Source of the DNA: Obrimoposthia wandeli
Lineage: Eukaryota
Reading direction: 5' to 3'
Length of the DNA: 64,000 nucleotides
Assembly (NCBI GenBank): GCA_977020255.1
Contig: CDROCS010001053.1
Coordinates: 248,001-312,000 of the forward strand
Positions within the stretch are counted from its first letter, which is position 1, and every line of letters starts with the position of its first letter. Of the stretch, positions 61,021-64,000 are shown piece by piece. The position numbers and the translations under genes were made by a program. A model generated the notes under the pieces. That model was not told the origin of the DNA and did not search any database. It saw only the letters and a list, made by a program, of their open reading frames with translations.

Positions 61021-61419
61021 GTGTTTCATCCTTTGCATTTCATATTTCATATAGATATCCCGTTTAGGAGTTTAGATTATAAGAAAAAAATTACTAATTT
61101 ATATCTAACTAATTATTTCCATTTATTAAAATGGAAAGAAGGACTAAAGGCTTTTTGTGAAATATGTATTTTCGATACAATAAAATCTAATTTTGATATA
61201 GAAAATAGAATTTTTTATGTTTTAAATGAAATGGATGGCAAAAAGTATAAAACTTTAAAAAAATATTTTCCAAATTTGAGGTTGAATACTTTAAATATTT
61301 CACGTGATCATCTATTAAAAATTCCACAAAATATTTTCTGTCCATATCGTAATCATGGTGACCATTGCGCATATAAAAAATGTTTAAGTCTATCTTATTA
61401 TTACTTGACATGTAGATAA
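61021..61419 (+). pseudogene. Exonuclease-type accessory gene, probably 5'-truncated
   Basis: HPLHFIF...NLYLTNYFHLLKWKEG...CPYRNHGDHCAYKKCLSL; homologous to 52620-53108. Confidence 0.55.
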
Positions 61420-61677
61420 ACAATTCTTCTAATTGGAGAAAATCATTATTTACAAAATACATTTTTCATCCAATTACAATTATAAATGACCAATCCTTTT
61501 AATTGGAGGAATAAAATATATTAAAAAATAAAATTATCAACCAATAACAGATAAACAATCCTTCTCAGTGGAGGAATAAATTCCTTTTTTTCATCCAATA
61601 AGAAAAGAGCATGTGTGCATAAATTTTAGTATATAAGCAAACACTTTCTTCATTTAAATCCCCGACTATTTGAAATA

Positions 61678-62330
61678 ATGACTATGGTAAGAAACTATAT
61701 TTATTATTTCTTTATTAATATTTATTTTTTAGATTATGTGTGACCTGTTTCCAACCTATTGTGGTGCTTCGGCTCCGCATGGAAAAGAGTCATGCATGGA
61801 GCTAGTGTCTGCCTACTATCGGAAAAAGTCTCATGGGCTTCAATTCTTCGTATGCCCCTTCTGCAGAACAATGGAGGAGAGGGAGTTTCGAGAATTCTTC
61901 GGTGAACATCGAGATCACCTATCGTGTTTCACTGCCAACAACAAGAAGAGGGCTATCATGCAATTGGTGTGCGATTCGCAGGTCGCTCAAGCTCCTTCCC
62001 CTGTTCCAGTTGCAGTCGTTCAACCCGTGTACGGTTCTGCGATTGGTCCTTCTCTCCCGTCTCCTGATTCTGCAGCTGCCTCATCTACTCAAATGACTAA
62101 CAATGAGTGGATGAACGACATCTCCCAAGAATATTTTGAGGAGTTGGCGCCAGCAACCCAATTCTCGAACAATAGAAAATATCACCCAGTCAGATTTCGA
62201 GATGGAGCAGCCTCAGTGGAGCGACAACAGCTGGTTGGAGACCATCGAGAAATCCGATTTCGTCGAGTTAACGGACGACAGCTGGATGGATGAAGAGGAC
62301 TTCTAACCAGCTACAGTTGGATTGCCTTCA
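61678..62330 (+). CDS. Spliced Polinton gene with FFVCPFC...HRDHL motif and acidic Trp-containing tail
   Basis: Micro-exon ATGACTATG, 46-nt intron 61687-61732, then in-frame IMCDLFP...; upstream CCAAT boxes and TATATAAG at ~61629; possible frameshift near 62160. Confidence 0.6.
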
Positions 62331-62424
62331 TTAGGTATTTTTTATTATTTTTTTTCTGATTATTTTTTAAAATTGTAATTATCGATATTTTATTTTTATT
62401 TTTTATTCAGGAAATACGATATCT

Positions 62425-64000
62425 ATGCCTCTCCCAACGCGAGTACCTACATCGATGTTTACACGTCTTAGAAGTAATACTTTTTTTAAAAAAAAATTTT
62501 TCATGTATTTATTTCAGCAGCATCAAACTCTACAACAGCTGCTTCTTCGTCGAAAATGTCGGCTACTACCTCATCTACTCCAACTTCAAATGTAGCCTCT
62601 ACAACTGCCACTGTTTCATAATCTGCGGCAGCACCTACTACAGCAGCACCGTCTACATCAGCTGCATTTACCTCAACATCGGCTGCACCACCAATAGCAG
62701 CCCCTTCCACATCAGCTGCGATTGCCTCAACATCGACAGCACCAACATTTAATATAAATCGTTGTCTTCCCGTTCAATTAGGGGGAGGTTTGTCCGCAAC
62801 TGTAGAAAGAAAGAGACGAGGCCAATTTCTTAATAAGGTCCCACCAAAAGAACGTAGAGAAAACGGTGCTACTATAGATTATAACCTAAATAATAAATAT
62901 GTTAAAGTTAATTTGCCATTAGGAAATAAAATTTTATTAAACGTAGGTGTAGATACAAATATTGAAAATCTTTTAAAATCAGATGGGATTAAATTAGGAC
63001 AGGCTAAGGTTCAATTTTACGCAACAGTACAGTTTAAAAATGTCAATGAGGAGACTACAACTTGGGTAATTTCACATAAAGCAACTGTTTTCTATGATAA
63101 TTTTGTAACTGAAATTGGAAGAAACCTAGATGAAAAAATTGCTAATTATAGCGAGTTAAGTAGTGGATGGACTCTAGTTAGAATTCACGATGTTAGCTTT
63201 GTTCTAACAAAGTTCACTGACATGATATATCTTTCGGGGAGTTCATACATTCCTTCACCTAGATCTCTTCAACTTTCACGTTCCATGGTTAACGTACAAA
63301 ACAGTGATAACCTTTGCTTTCTGTATAGCATGTTGGCCATCTCAAAAGGGATGTAATTACTGAGAATAGAGAGCGTGTCAGTAAATATATTCTTTTTTAA
63401 ATGAATTGCAGTATCATGGAATACATTTTCTTGTTAAATTAACTGTGATATCAAGATTTGAACACCTTAATAACTTGAGTATTAATGTATTCAAATATAA
63501 TACTGATATCCCAGTTAATGTAACAGATGAAGAAAATTTTAAAAATCCTTTTGTAGATGTAATTTATAGGAGCAAAAATGAGGAGACTCATGTCAACTTA
63601 ATTTTGCTCGAACATAATAAAAAATTCCATTATGCTACAATTCTCAATTTAGATCGTCTTCTAAATTTAGATAATGGAGCCTTACCGGTTAGGATAAGGT
63701 GTAAGTGGTGTCATAGATGTTTACATGTATTCCGATCCGAGCTCTCTTACAAAAAAATCTGACATTATGTACACTGAATCCTGATGACAATACGCTATAT
63801 AGCATGCCTAAGGATAAGGATTTTAAATTCAGGGATTGGGCAAAATGCTTACTCGTGGAATTCAGGGGGTATGCTGATTTTGAGTCAATTCTAGCATTGC
63901 ACGACCAGTATGAGAGTATTCACCTACCGGCTTCAGCAGGACTACTATTCTTAGGCCCCAATATTACACAGTATCATAAATTTTCCGGTCCAAATTGTAT
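62425..64000 (+). pseudogene. polB: Protein-primed DNA polymerase B, N-terminal region to exonuclease I motif
   Basis: SSGWTL...LSGSSYIPSP...VNVQNSDNLCFLYS; SRFEHLNNLSINVF; HVNLIL...FHYATI.NLDRLL; CHRCLHVF; GYADFESIL. Stops at 62619 and 63354, plus frameshifts. Confidence 0.9.

Larger units (their letters stand above)
58579..64000 (+). mobile_element. Polinton/adintovirus copy (one end, runs off the window)
   Basis: TIR AGTAGGTGGATGTGTCCGG at 58579 with left flank AATGTT, followed by accessory genes and pPolB. Confidence 0.92.

Noticed and set aside
62501-62710. Minus-strand Ala/Val/Asp-rich ORF
   Set aside because: It is the antisense shadow of the Ser/Thr/Ala-rich pPolB leader on the plus strand.

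Overview
AT-rich eukaryotic (probably invertebrate) genomic DNA with very short minimal introns (35-47 nt). One host gene is clear: a multi-exon LIV-1/ZIP8-ZIP14-type metal transporter on the minus strand (about 16.7-43.9 kb) with transposon-filled introns. Roughly half of the window is Polinton/Maverick (adintovirus-like) DNA in several pieces: (i) a 10 kb fold-back element (4917-14916) with AGTAGGTGG...CCACCTACT ends and two inverted arms; (ii) a 1.9 kb non-autonomous derivative with a 6-bp TSD, inserted into an older Polinton remnant inside a ZIP intron; (iii) a composite block at 44.8-56.3 kb carrying ATPase, integrase, pPolB, adenain, major and minor capsid relics; (iv) the first 5.4 kb of another copy (58579-end) inserted into a Gypsy protease gene. 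The most unusual cargo is a spliced, two-repeat TATA-binding-protein (TBP)-like gene, intact in one arm. It is divergently transcribed from a pair of unknown paralogous genes. Other viral genes carry spliceosomal introns and CCAAT/TATA promoters. Gypsy, BEL/Pao, hAT and Tc1/mariner relics are also present. All family assignments come from motif recognition by eye; no database search was run.
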